A DNA stretch of 64,000 nucleotides, taken from positions 3,472,001-3,536,000 of the forward strand of contig OX597828.1 in the NCBI GenBank assembly GCA_951406725.2, given 5' to 3'. Every line of letters begins with the position of its first letter. The first letter of the stretch is position 1. The stretch comes from Octopus vulgaris (lineage: Eukaryota). Positions 42,900 through 55,720 of this stretch are shown in pieces. The notes below the pieces were generated by a model, which saw nothing but the letters and a program-made list of their open reading frames with translations, did not search any database and was not told the DNA's origin. Position numbers and translations under genes: made by a program.

Positions 42900-43995
42900 G
42901 CATTTTCTCTCTTAAAACCACACCCACCCATCTCTTGTTTTTCTTTATTTTCGCTTTCCTCAGCATCGCTAGAATTGCACACCGGTTGCCTTCTCTCTCG
43001 CTAACTAATATGTGCCCTTACTTTATTAGCATCCTCCCCACTACATAAATCTTACACCGCACCACCTCACAACCTCACACCTGTAGATTCACCCTCAAGA
43101 CATTTGCACAGCGTCCACATGCACACTAACACCTCATGTCAACTTTTTCACCTTCTATAATTTTCACTTGTGCATATACGCGTAGGTCATATACTCTCTA
43201 CTACCCATCCAACTTGTCCCTTTCACACACACATCGGTACGGTGAAAACAGCAGATCTACGTTCACCTACTGTTCACACATGCGCTCCACCACCAAAAAA
43301 GCACTCCCCAAACTGGCACTACGACGAGGGTTGCAGTTGATCCAATGAGCCGAACAGCCTGCTCATAAAATTAAAGTGCACGTGGCTAAGCATACCATAG
43401 ACACGCGAATTCTTAACGTAGTTCTCAGGTAGATTCTGCGTAATACAATGTGACAGGTACTACGCATTTTTGCCCACCGAGTAGACTGGAGCAACATAAA
43501 ATAAAGCGTCTTGTTCAAAGACACAACACGTTGCCGCTTTTAAAACTACCGACCTTACGATTGTGAGCCTAATAACCCTAACCAGTAAGCAATATGTTTT
43601 CACACACATGCGTACACTCAATGGAATTCTCATACATACGATCCTATACTCCACATATGTACGAATACATAGATACACAAAGGCAGATAGGCGGTCATAC
43701 GCAAACATACAATCACACACTCACTTACACACACCATTCTCCCTTCTACCTTGGTGCCTCTGCTTGACCTCTTCTTAATTTTTTAGTTTTCTAACCCAAT
43801 CCAATGCTTAGGATGCTTCTTCTGCTTCCCTCTCTTTATAGATAACTTTTTTTTCTTCCTCTCATGCTTCTTTTCTTTCTCTCTTTTGATGAAAGACTAA
43901 TGCCGAAAGGTTAAAATATTTTCTCCTTCCACTAAAGCGCTTAGCTAATAACCTATTTGTCAAATTTTACTTTTCCTGTGTTCTCCTTTAAAAGT
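42900..43995 (+). mobile_element. Highly decayed Penelope-like element (GIY-YIG remnant and terminal repeat)
   Basis: Frameshifted FTC..VIYSL..PTCP..HIGT at ~43163-43240. The tail at 43885-43995 resembles 47840-47955. Confidence 0.45.
43310..43610 (-). mobile_element. SINE family C
   Basis: Homologous to 11420-11712; a related tRNA-like head lies at 31987-32043 (+). Confidence 0.7.
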
Positions 43996-44209
43996 TTGTT
44001 GAACACACATACATATATACATACATACATAGATAAATACATACATACATACATACGTACATACACATACAAACTTACATACATACACATGCAAACTTAC
44101 ATGCATATGCGTGTATGTGTGTATCGTGTGTATTCGTGTATATGTATATATAAATGTATGTATATATAAGTATTTCTAGACATATGCATACGCCTAAATA
44201 TATACATAC

Positions 44210-44255
<46 letters not shown>

Positions 44256-44396
44256 ATATAATCGCACATATGCATATATATGTGCATACAGCATACATAG
44301 ACACACACTTACACACACAGACATATATATTTATATATGTACGCCTATATATTCAGATAGACATGTATAGAGAGAAAGAGAGAAAGTGAGAATGAA

Positions 44397-44449
<53 letters not shown>

Positions 44450-45368
44450 TATATATATATATATATATATATATCCACACACACAATACATACATATATA
44501 TATATCTATATATCTATATATGAATAGATACATATGCTGCGAATATCATTAATACGGAAGGAAAGAAGAAAATTATCAAGACAAAGTCTAAGCTATGTGA
44601 CATGCCTGTATCTGTGTAAAGACAAACGGCAAAAGCAGAAATGTCACGGACGACATTCTTTTAGCTTTAACAACCATGTAAAAGAGACAAACGCCAATTC
44701 GATCCTTTACTACACTTCCTTGCACATACGTGCTTAGTTTCAAATAAAATCAAGCAAAACTGCTGTTGTCTTCTTCGTATGGTTCTGTCTTTCTTCTACC
44801 GATATGCAGTCACGTGAAAGCAAGTTTTTCTTTCGGCACATTATGTAACTTTTATAATAAACAATATATGCAACAGACGCATGACGTCCATGCTTCTATT
44901 TTTCTTCTTGAAATACACAAACATAACTGTGTTCCTGTTTATATAACCACGTCCTTGTCTTATGCAACCACTCTTCCTCCCAGTCACACCCTACCCCGTG
45001 TTAGGTTGTCGTGATCATTAGAATCTTCATCCCAATTAAGAAAACTCCTCTCTTACCCTCTCATTGTTCTCGCAGACAAATATATTCAATTTGGCATAAT
45101 TCTCTTCCGCCTCCTCCGCATCCTTCTCCTGCTCCACCTCCTCCACTTCTTCCCACTACACTTCTACACGTCATCATCATCATCATCATCGTCGTTAACA
45201 CCAAAACGACGATCATCACCACCACCACCACCACCACCCCTAGCACCGTCACCATCAGCACTACCACTATCAATACCATCACCATCATCTTTGTCGTCGT
45301 CGACACTATGAAGAGAAATTTGAGTATTATTACCAATTCGATACCATCTCAATCAGTGTAGCATCTAT

Positions 45369-45369
<1 letters not shown>

Positions 45370-45423
<54 letters not shown>

Positions 45424-45564
45424 CAACAACAATAACGACAATGAGACAATAACAGCAACATTAACAGCAACACGACCAACAACAACGTCAACGACAATAA
45501 AAACAACAACGACAAGAAGAAGAAGAAGAAGAAGAAGAAGAAGAAGAAGAAGAAGAAGAAGAAG

Positions 45565-45599
<35 letters not shown>

Positions 45600-45768
45600 G
45601 AATAATAATAATAATGACAACAACAACAGTAATATAAACAACCAGAGGAACACGGCCAACAACATCAGCAACAACATCGACAACAAAAATAACAGCAACG
45701 GCAACAATAGCAATGATGATGATGATGAGGAGGAGGATGAATATGATGATGATCATAATAATAATAAT
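45370..45768. repeat. (AAT)n/(AAC)n/(AAG)n/(GAT)n compound trinucleotide tract
   Basis: Directly visible. Confidence 0.95.
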
Positions 45769-46416
45769 CCCCTTCATCGGCACCACACCATTTTCAACAT
45801 CACTGTGATTGTACCTTTCAATTGAAGTCGTCACCATCATCACGAGACTTCTTAATCTTAACAAACTTGTTATTTCTATTCTCATCGTGTTTGCAGGCAT
45901 GTATCAATTTAACGCCGTTTTCATTAAGAAAAAAAAAGTAAGACGTTTTTTTTATTTATATTTGTTAGAGAGAAACATGGAAGTTAGCAATACTAAGATG
46001 TTAGTTCAGTGCTATCCCTGAAATATCGTGAGGAAATTGCAAATACGTATATCGCTTCAGTGAGGTTATAAGGAAACTTGAGGGGAAGATTGGATGTGAT
46101 AGACAGTTAGGTGAACCATTCATTACTGTTTAATGAGCATTCTCGTTTTTTCCATTGTCACTTCAAGTGTAAATATTTTCTCGATTTGTATGAAATATAT
46201 AAAAGACAAATAAAACACAGGACAGTAAATGATGTAGGTTTCCAATAGTTATATTTTACAAAAAGGCATACAAAGATGTGTTTAAAGTTTTGAGTGTTCT
46301 AGTCCTCCATGTTTTATCATCCTTCGCTATATTTCTCTTTTATGTTTTCTTCATATTGTTCAGTATGGTTGAGCTTAATTTCTAATGCAAACACAACAGG
46401 AAAATACGTATATGTA

Positions 46417-46483
<67 letters not shown>

Positions 46484-46525
46484 GTACATATATGTATATA
46501 TATGCATATATATACATATATACAT

Positions 46526-46588
<63 letters not shown>

Positions 46589-46664
46589 ATAATAATATTA
46601 GGGAGTAAATCCAAACTTACAGGGAAAAATTAGATTTAGGATTAAATCTAATTTTATAGTATAA

Positions 46665-46972
46665 ATATATATTATATTGAATTAGAGATAAAACCACTAT
46701 TAGGCAAATCAAACAGTGAAAATCATAAACCAATACATAGAAATAAAATTAATTAAAAAAATATATAAAAAATATAAAATATATATAAAATTCCAAATTA
46801 AAATTAAAATTAAAATTAAAAATTAAAATTAAAATTTAATTTGGAATCTTATATATATTTTATATTTTTTATATATATTTTTATTTAATTTTATTTCTAT
46901 GTATTGGCTTACGATTTTCACTGTTTGATTTGCCTAATAGTGGTTTTATCTCTAATTTAATATAATATATAT
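46665..46972. repeat. AT-rich inverted repeat, ~138-bp arms around an (AAAATT)n spacer
   Basis: ATTAGAGATAAAACCACTATTAGGCAAATCAAACAGTGAAAATC versus GATTTTCACTGTTTGATTTGCCTAATAGTGGTTTTATCTCTAAT. The left flank is related to 28895-28970 (-). Confidence 0.9.
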
Positions 46973-47099
46973 ATATATCTGAGCCATCATCAGACTGCCG
47001 AAACGTCGAAGTTACTGTCAATAGCATTCTTATATGGTAATAATAAATTTGTAGTCTACAAAAGTATGGAGCAACCCATCGGATTAATGTAATGGTTAA

Positions 47100-47195
47100 A
47101 AGAATAAAAGAGTAGGACCAGTTAATTATGATTTCATTCAATTTATTCCTCTCTCAGATTCACACACTGATTGCAGCGGCTTGTCAGTTTTTTAA
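47100..47195 (-). mobile_element. mariner 3'-end remnant
   Basis: Minus strand reads KLTSRCNQCVNLREE*IE*, like the mariner C-terminus RW.KCV...G.YVE. Confidence 0.5.
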
Positions 47196-47774
47196 ACACA
47201 TGTATAGAGAGGCATCTCAACATATATTCATATGCATACTCACACATGCAAACATAACCTTACTTATATATAGAACCATGTACACACTCGTAAGGATGGT
47301 GCAGTTACACATGCACTCAGTAAACCTTAGCCGAATTTGTAATTGGTAATTCTTAATTGTATTCACCTGATGAAAATGTTTCCTATGGTATTTTCTTCTT
47401 TTTCTTTTGCAATGGTGGAACATTCCTGTTCATCAATACAGCTGTAGCGAACTACCATCCATCTGTTGCTATTATCATTCTTCATCTAACTCGGAACCTT
47501 CAATTTGCTTTGATCTGGTGTCTATAGACGCCGGTGCAATAGATGCAGTTAGTCTATCCATGTATGACTTAGATGAGACGTTGTGTATTAAGTCATCCAC
47601 TTACGAATGGACGCGTAACTGGAGGAACAAATCCGTATTTGCATTAGCAAGTACGCATTTGCCGCTATATATTGTTTGTACACAATCACACTATCCCTTG
47701 GTGTTTCAATATTTAAATACCTTGTTCTCTCAAAACCCGGAAATTTATATATATATATATATATATATATAAAT

Positions 47775-47953
47775 GGTGGACCGCTGAAATCTACGAGTTT
47801 TTTTTTCATTCTCTCTTTGTTTATTTTCTCATTTCTTTCTGTTGAAGAGCGTAGACTCGAAACGTAAAAGACTTTTTCATTTTCTCGAGTGTCAAACTCA
47901 TACACTTGCTTGTTCATACACCTGTCTTCGTCTTTTGTTTTTCTAAAAATTTC

Positions 47954-47958
<5 letters not shown>
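47775..47958 (+). mobile_element. Solo Penelope-like terminal repeat within a (TA)n tract
   Basis: TA-flanked; contains hammerhead-like TTGAAGA-GCGTAGACTC-GAAAC-GTA-AAAGA. Confidence 0.45.
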
Positions 47959-48002
<44 letters not shown>

Positions 48003-48274
48003 CATACATACATACATACATACATACATACATACATACATACATACATACATACATACATACATACATACATACATACACACATACATACATACAAAGT
48101 TCTTTGGGGTTCTCGAAATGCAGATAAATCTATAAACGATAACATATACATGCGTGTTAGTATTTATATTTTAAAATGTACTTGGAAACTCTGTTCCAAA
48201 GAAGAAATATTTCACGTTCTATCAAAAGATTATCATTACTTATGACGGTAACAATTTACATATATACATATGTT

Positions 48275-48486
48275 CTTTTATTCACGATTTAATTGCAACC
48301 GTGCTGGAGCACCGCCTTAAATGGTTTGAGTCGAAGGAATCGACGTCAGGTCTTATTCTTCGTAAACACAGTACTTTTACAATCGGCGTCTTTTTTGAAC
48401 CGCTAGTTATGGGGACATAAACACACCACCATCGGTTTTCAAGTGATGGGGGAAGAGACACAAAGACACACACTCACACACACACA

Positions 48487-48524
<38 letters not shown>

Positions 48525-48680
48525 GACAGGCTTCTTTCAGTTTCCGTCTACTAAATTCACTCACAAGGGTTTAGCCAGCCCGAGGTTATAGTAGAAGACA
48601 TTTGTCCAAGGTGCTACGCAGTGACACTGAACCCAGAACCATGTACTTGGGAACCAAGCTTCTTGCTACGCAGCCACTCA
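48275..48680 (-). mobile_element. SINE family B
   Basis: GCTGGAGCACCGCCTT..GGCTTCTTTCAGTTTCCGTCTAC..CAGCCACTC. Confidence 0.85.
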
Positions 48681-49451
48681 CACATAAAAAAAAACATTAG
48701 AATATTTTGATAGAAAAAGTTGACTTTTTCTGTTGAAAGCAGTTTTTCAATCCAGAGTATGTGTCCTTAGTTATAACTCTATGCACTGTGGTTCGAGAAT
48801 CAAGATTCCAAAACGAATTGTTTCGCGTTCTCTCGAACGTTTACACACGCACACACAAACACACACACGCAAACGCACACGCACACAAACATATATAGTG
48901 AATATGTGTGAGTGTGGTGCTGGTGTGTCTATATAGTTTGAGCTTCGACTATTAATTTCCTATTGAGAAACGTAAGGCCACCGTTAATGGAGAAAGCGTA
49001 GAGCTAGGTTTTGCAAGTTGTGATGGTTCAAATTCATGAAAACGATAATTAGACTATAAATACCATTTCTCCCATTAAATAATAAAATTTTTTATTTAAC
49101 TTCTAAACTGATCATTTACTACGTAATATATATGCATGTGCATAAGGACACAGTCGCACACATGCATTCACGCATATGCATTCACATACACGTACATACA
49201 TACGCACACACCCATATACAGTGTCCCAAAAACATTATGTACAAGTGTATAACGAAATATATATGTATATGTTTGTGTTTGTGCGTGTGCGCGCGCGTTT
49301 GTAACTGTGATTACATCCATGTTATCTGAAGCAGTCCCTTATAGATAGAAATATCGTAAATTCTAGTTATTTAATTATAAATGTATAAAATAACCGTTTT
49401 TTCGTGGAAATCAAACTCGCATACAGACATTCATTATTATATAGTGTGAAT

Positions 49452-49513
<62 letters not shown>

Positions 49514-49559
49514 CTCAATAAATGGTGGGGTTGTGTTGACCGCACGTGGAGAAATGATA

Positions 49560-50219
49560 AGCAAGGAGAAATTGTAAAAATGCAGAATGCTCAAACGAAA
49601 GAAAATTTTAATGAAATGAGAAATTGATAAAATATATAAATATATATTTATTCAACCGGTTTCCGTCATTGTATGACTTGTCAAGAATATTTAGGTTTAA
49701 AAAGTTTTTTTAAAAATGAGAAAGGGGAAAAAAGAAAATTGCATTGTTTTTTGCAAAAGAATAATAGTAAAAATGTACAAAAATTAAAAAATAAGTACTC
49801 CGATACATTGTGAGTTCGTTGTGTATCTTGAGCTTAATGATTGTTCACGAAAAAATTACCTTGAGGTATTAGGATCCAATGGGATTAAGAGCATGTGTTG
49901 TTTGGTTTAATTGAGGATGTTGGCAAAACAGGAAGTAGTAGTAATTACTACTACTTCGAACGAACTCACAATGTATCGGAGTACTTATTTTTTAATTTTT
50001 GTACATTTTTACTATTATTCTTTTGCAAAAAACAATGCAATTTTCTTTTTTCCCCTTTCTAATTTAAAAAAAACAACTTTTTAAACCTAAATATTCTTGA
50101 CAAGTCATACAATGACGAACCGGTTGAATAAATATATATTTATATATTTTATCAATTTCTCATTTCATTAAAATTTTCTTTCGTTTGAGCATTCTGCATT
50201 TTTATAATTTTTCCTTGCT
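49560..50219. mobile_element. Penelope-like inverted-repeat element, ~261-bp arms (49560-49820, 49959-50219)
   Basis: Near-identical inverted arms, each with a hammerhead-like motif followed by AATAAA; TA-rich flanks. Confidence 0.8.
50092..50130 (+). ncRNA. Minimal hammerhead-like motif, U3-A8 variant (mirror copy at 49649-49689, minus strand)
   Basis: TATTC-TTGACAA-GTCA-TACAA-TGAC-GAAC-CG-GTT-GAATA; the mirror copy has GGAAAC in place of GAAC. Confidence 0.6.
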
Positions 50220-50555
50220 ATATATATACATATATATATATGCGCGCGTGTGTGTGTGTAAAATATGTTTTAAGGGACACCATTTATTGGTGAAGGTGGG
50301 TGACTTACTTTCTTGTGTAGTTACGAAGTGAAAATTATGTATGGGTAAAAATAAGGAAATTATTATTCTTATCGTTGGTTTCCTCGCATGTAATCGACCT
50401 GTTTTAACCAATCACATGACCCTACTAAGCTTTCAGAAGATTAATGTAGCAGCTTTCTATGTTCATGTAGAATTGGCTGAGGAAAGATTTTGTTAGGTTT
50501 CCAGCCTGTTTGTGTGTATATATAAATATAAATATAAATATAAATATAAATATAA

Positions 50556-50606
<51 letters not shown>

Positions 50607-50647
50607 TAACATCTTCGTTCAACTCCATTTATTTATTTATTCATATA

Positions 50648-51455
50648 CTAGCAGCATAGCCCGGCGTTGCCCGGGTATGTAAGAGTCCCTAGTAGGCAAC
50701 GACTAATCCCAATCTAGTCCTTTCCCTCTAGGGAACGAAGGCGCATGTGTAGGTTGCAATCTCTTCTCTTCACTCCCAAATAACTATCAAACAGCTATCG
50801 ATAATTCAACCCAACCAATTCCTACCAGGAAGAAATTATATTCGAGACTTTACCCCCAACACCGCCACTTCTGCTAATAGCTGCTGTAGCCGCAAGTTAT
50901 TCGAATCCTTTTTTTGTTTACACTTTCTTTATAACTACCACCCCAAACGTTTTACCTTAAATTTTTGACGTACCCTAAGGGTCGTCGGACGCTACTTGCA
51001 AACTCTTGGTTTATTATAAACTGCTTTTGTCGTGTGCATCAAAAAACCTTTTCCATTCATTTGTTCAGTTTGGTCACTTTTGACTTTTTCGTTGTTGTCA
51101 CTCACATTGCTTCCCGCTTTTTTGCCGTTCTTGTACATTTTTATACATTTTGGGATACTTACCCCACTTGTTCCGAGAGTTAAAAAGGTCGAGTTGCGTC
51201 CCCTAGACTGTCTGTAGAAAATGTGTTGCATATAACAAGCTTAGATTCTCGACCCATGTCGAATTTATCGATTTTTTTTTCAGAACTGGGGGAACTTTTC
51301 AAAATTTTCGCTTCGTTAGTTTTGAATTATGATATTGGGCTATGTGTGTGTCAAGTTTCATCAGAATCGGTTGAAAGCCGCGGTCAGGGTGAGGGTGCAA
51401 TCTGACAGATACACAGACACACAGACAGACAAACTGCCGTTTATATATAGAGAGA
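50648..51455 (-). mobile_element. Non-autonomous Helitron-type element
   Basis: Minus strand: A|TC start, (TGTC)n near the 5' end, hairpin CCCGG-GCAACG-CCGGG then CTATGCTGCTAG|T. Same architecture as 26233-27068. Confidence 0.82.
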
Positions 51456-51599
51456 TAACACAAATTTCTGCACATGAACCCGGAGTTTCTACTCTTGGAT
51501 AGGTCGCTTCAACCGTGTTTGTGATGTGAATTTGCTACCCTGGTATCGGTTCATCGAATTTTCCATGTTGACGGTAAACATAGGATAATTCATTCACCT

Positions 51600-51647
<48 letters not shown>

Positions 51648-52159
51648 ATATATATATATACATACACATATATCAGGATGTGTGTAGAAGTTTAACAGTA
51701 GTATGTACATGAATCAAATTTTTTTTGCGGTCATCACTGGTAATTTTTAGAAAAACGAGACAAAGCAAATATAGAGAAACATAGGATACAATTTGTGTGT
51801 AAATTATAAGATACAAATAAAATGAGGTCAGATAGGCCAAGTAATATGTTAACTAGAGAGTCGTATTCGAACTAGTATTACAAAATTAAGAGGGGGAGTA
51901 ATGCATCAGCATTAATCCTGGTGATTTTCGAATATTTTGTGAAATGAAGTCAAATAAAGTTTGAAACTCTTTCCTTCATGCGTATAGAAAAATAAGGACA
52001 CTAAAACTTTCTCCAGTTACATCTGAATAAAAAAAACATGGTGCAGATATTGATATCAAGTAGAAGTTATTGACCGATACAGCACATATGGAAACGTAAT
52101 ATTTAGTAAAGATATTTGATACTCAGTTGAAAAGAGTATCAAATAGTTTCACTAAATAT

Positions 52160-52310
52160 TTTTTTCTACTACAGGCAAAAAGCTTGACATTTTGGGGGAG
52201 AGAGCTAGTTGTTTACAGCGACCCCAGGGCCCAATCGGTACTTATTTCATCGGTTGCGAAAGGATGAAAGGCAAAGTTGACCTCAGCGGAATTTAAACTC
52301 TGATCGTAAA
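52160..52310 (-). mobile_element. SINE family A, partial
   Basis: GAAAGGATGAAAGGCAAAGTTGACCTCAGCGGAATTTAAACTC. Confidence 0.75.
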
Positions 52311-52449
52311 GATCTTTACTAAATATTGTCACGTTAATATCTAACTCCGAAAATATTGTAATATTAAGATATCCAATTAAACGGACAAGCAATCAAATAT
52401 TACATAGTCTTAATATGTCACAATCTCACAGTCTTAGAATTTATATATA

Positions 52450-53332
52450 TGTAGTATGATCGATCAGTAGCTGACCTGTTGCCATAGTAACAAAGCTAAA
52501 GCACACACAGTGACGACTCTTGGCACAGATTGACCTTGAACTCTACTGCGCATGTGCGCTAAGTTTTAACGTTCTAGCTTACTTTCGCTATTTACGGCAC
52601 TGCTTGGAAATAACGTGTGTAATATGTGATCATCGCATTGATCATGACGGAGAAAATTGAAAAGAGAATTTGCATCACATTTTGCCAAATGCTTGGTGAT
52701 ACCTGTTCAGAGGCCTACACAAAGTTTTCAAAATGTTTTCATCGTTCTTGACACAATGAAGGAGATCTTGTGCAAAAGAAGTCCGAGTGTCGTTTTGGCC
52801 AACTGAAAGCAGTTTTGGCACAAACTAGGCAGACACGCGTCTCATACCCAAATCTTCAGCGATCATGAACTGAATTGGACCGTAATTAATCTGCACATCC
52901 TCTTATAACTCACAGATGGTAATTCGACGAATTACCATCTCAGTTGCACGCACATCTGCGATGTTTTTTCTCAGTTTTGCTGGCTGCAGGTCTCCCAGAA
53001 CGTTCGTCAATATCGACAATTTTTCGGCTGCCTTGGAAGCGTCTGAACCACTTGTACACCTGTGTACGACTCATACACTCTTCTCCATACACTTTTTGTA
53101 ACTTTACGTAGGCCTCTGAGCAGTTATCGCCATGACAACTTTTCTGTCATGGTCAATGCGACGATTACACGTTACACACCTTCCTTCCAAGTCCTGCTGT
53201 AAACAGCGGAAGTGAGCTAGAACGTTAAAACATAGTGGGCATGTATAACAGAGGTCAAGGTTAATCTGTGCCAAGCGGCATTACTCTGCGGGCTTTAGCT
53301 TCATTGCTATGGCAATAGTTCATATACTTATT
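52450..53332 (-). mobile_element. Non-autonomous mariner derivative with two 5' ends (long inverted arms)
   Basis: 52450-52730 is an inverted, diverged copy of 53095-53332. The minus strand encodes a transposase N-terminus (LQKVYGEECMSRTQVYKWFRRF..DERSGRP..RRITI..DLGMRRVSA*FVPKLL). Confidence 0.85.
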
Positions 53333-54892
53333 ATTTAGGTGACAGTCTTCAAATTTTACTTATTCGGAACATTGAAAATCTTGATAATTTCTTATGGTTT
53401 TCCGCATGGCATTTTCCTCCTATATTCATGATCTATAATTATTGTTCTTCATCATAAGAATTTTCACTTCATTAGTATGCAATGGATATTATCCACCTCC
53501 AAGTGAATTGATATGTCATGGATTGTGCAAATGTCGCGCAGCATAAAATATCCAAAAATCATATTATGAAAGTTTTAAACTTCATCAAGAAAAAGATGTT
53601 TATATCAGATAAAATTTATTTGGGGATTAGTTATCAACAAACCTCGAAGTTTCTATGAGTTATCTATGATATCATCACACTATATCACGTTATAACTACA
53701 TCTGTGTGTTTTACCTGTACATGATTATCAATGATGTCCGGAATACGGCTTGAAGTGGGTACACCTCTTAGTTGTCAGAGTAATACTCTGTAATGTTAAT
53801 TATTTCGCCCTATGTGCGGGAGCTTGTCCTCTTGGTGTACTATAAGGATTTTAAAACACTTGTAATCTGTCCCGTCACCCACCCCTCTATCAGTAATTAT
53901 TTATGCACCATATCCGATGTAAACGACTAACTCAATTCTGGTAATTTCCAATCATTGTGCTTATATTAGAAACAATTAGCGTTATAACTATCAGAAATCC
54001 AGTTAAATTGAGAACCGGCCCCGCCCCAAATTTGTGAATTTGTATGTCAGTTGAGTCCAGAGTTTGACCATTACTGGCCAGCACGATATTGGTTGTGTGG
54101 AGTTCTTCGATTAGGTCTAATTAGAGTCTCTCTTCTATCAAGAGGACAGCATCATCTATGTGTTCACATATTTTGTATACTATGTATACTTTTAATTCAT
54201 CTCTCCGTATCTTCCATTCTTGCTCACAACCTTTCATATAAACCCACGTGTAAATTGTAACCTGTCCTGGTAATGTTTCCCGCAACAGATGCCTCTGCGG
54301 CAAATAAACGAAAACACTACTGCTACTACTATTATTACTACGACTGAAATTTTCTAGTATCCTGCTGTTGAAAATTATCACGCCTATCTGTCGCACCTGG
54401 CTGTTGGTTGCTTTAATTTCGATATCATGATAATAACATGTTATTGTCGTTCAAATACATGTAATCAAATCCTGGAATCTTTTCTCTGCCACCCACGCGA
54501 AAGTTTCCAATATATTACGTGCATTCTGTAATTGTAATCGTAAACATTTTTCACATTTTGTTTTCTAAAACTCTCATTACCTATACGTATCCATTCATTA
54601 TACAAAAATGAAAAGTAAATGTCCAATTAATAACACACATATACGTATATACATATATGCATGCATACGCACATATACATACATACATACATATATACAT
54701 GCATACGCACATACATACACACATACATATACACATATATGCATGCACATGTACTCACACACATATACAATGTACATGCATATATACATATTCATAGACA
54801 CTAATACATACAACATATATATGTTGTATGTATGTATGTATGTATGTATGTATGTATGTATGTATGTATGTATGTATCTATCTATCTATCTA

Positions 54893-54942
<50 letters not shown>

Positions 54943-54969
54943 TTTCTATGTATCTATCTATCTATATTA

Positions 54970-55180
54970 ATTTTTACTTGCCTTCGTTATTGGATTGCGA
55001 CCATACTGGGACACCACCTCGATTAACCGAATAAATTTACCACAAATTATATTTTTAAGCCAAGTATTTATATACTCGGTCGCTTTTTGCGGAACTCATA
55101 AGATACGAGGACGTAAACAAAACAACAGCGCTTCTCAAGCGATGGTAGGGTCAAACACAAAGATACACGCACACACATAC
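54970..55180 (-). mobile_element. SINE family B, diverged 3' half
   Basis: TTTTACTTG..ATTGGATTGCGACCATACTGG..GGACGTAAACAAAACAACA..CAAGCGATGG. Confidence 0.6.
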
Positions 55181-55641
55181 GCGCATTTAATTCAGTAGTT
55201 GTTTATGGTCAGTCAGAAAGTTACAATTAGTTTCACGTCTATTCCTGCTGGCCGGAATCACATAACCTCTTTACTAATAGAAGTAAAAATACAGTCTTGG
55301 TCGGCTTGGGGAAAAAAAATTCGAGACAGACCACTTCTGGGAAAGACGGAGTTGTCTTGTTGAAAAGAAGGTAACTCTGTCTTTCCTCAAAGGGATTTAC
55401 GTTTCGAAAATAAAAGAAATGCTTTTTTGTTTCAGGTATTTTTTCACCAGAAAGTTGACCAGAACTGTATTATTCAAAGCATTGATCCAACAAGGCTGCA
55501 GTCAAATGCTTTAAACAAGTAAGAGATAAAAAGGTAATATGTATGTATCTATCTATATACGCGCCTATTATCACGTGTTTTCATATATATATATTATAAT
55601 AATAAAGGGTAAAAATCATTAATGATTTTTACTTGGTGGTC

Positions 55642-55720
<79 letters not shown>

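Noticed and set aside
54260-54400. Possible minus-strand exon near a GC box at ~54016
   Set aside because: Weak splice signals and no recognisable protein; cannot be supported without RNA data.
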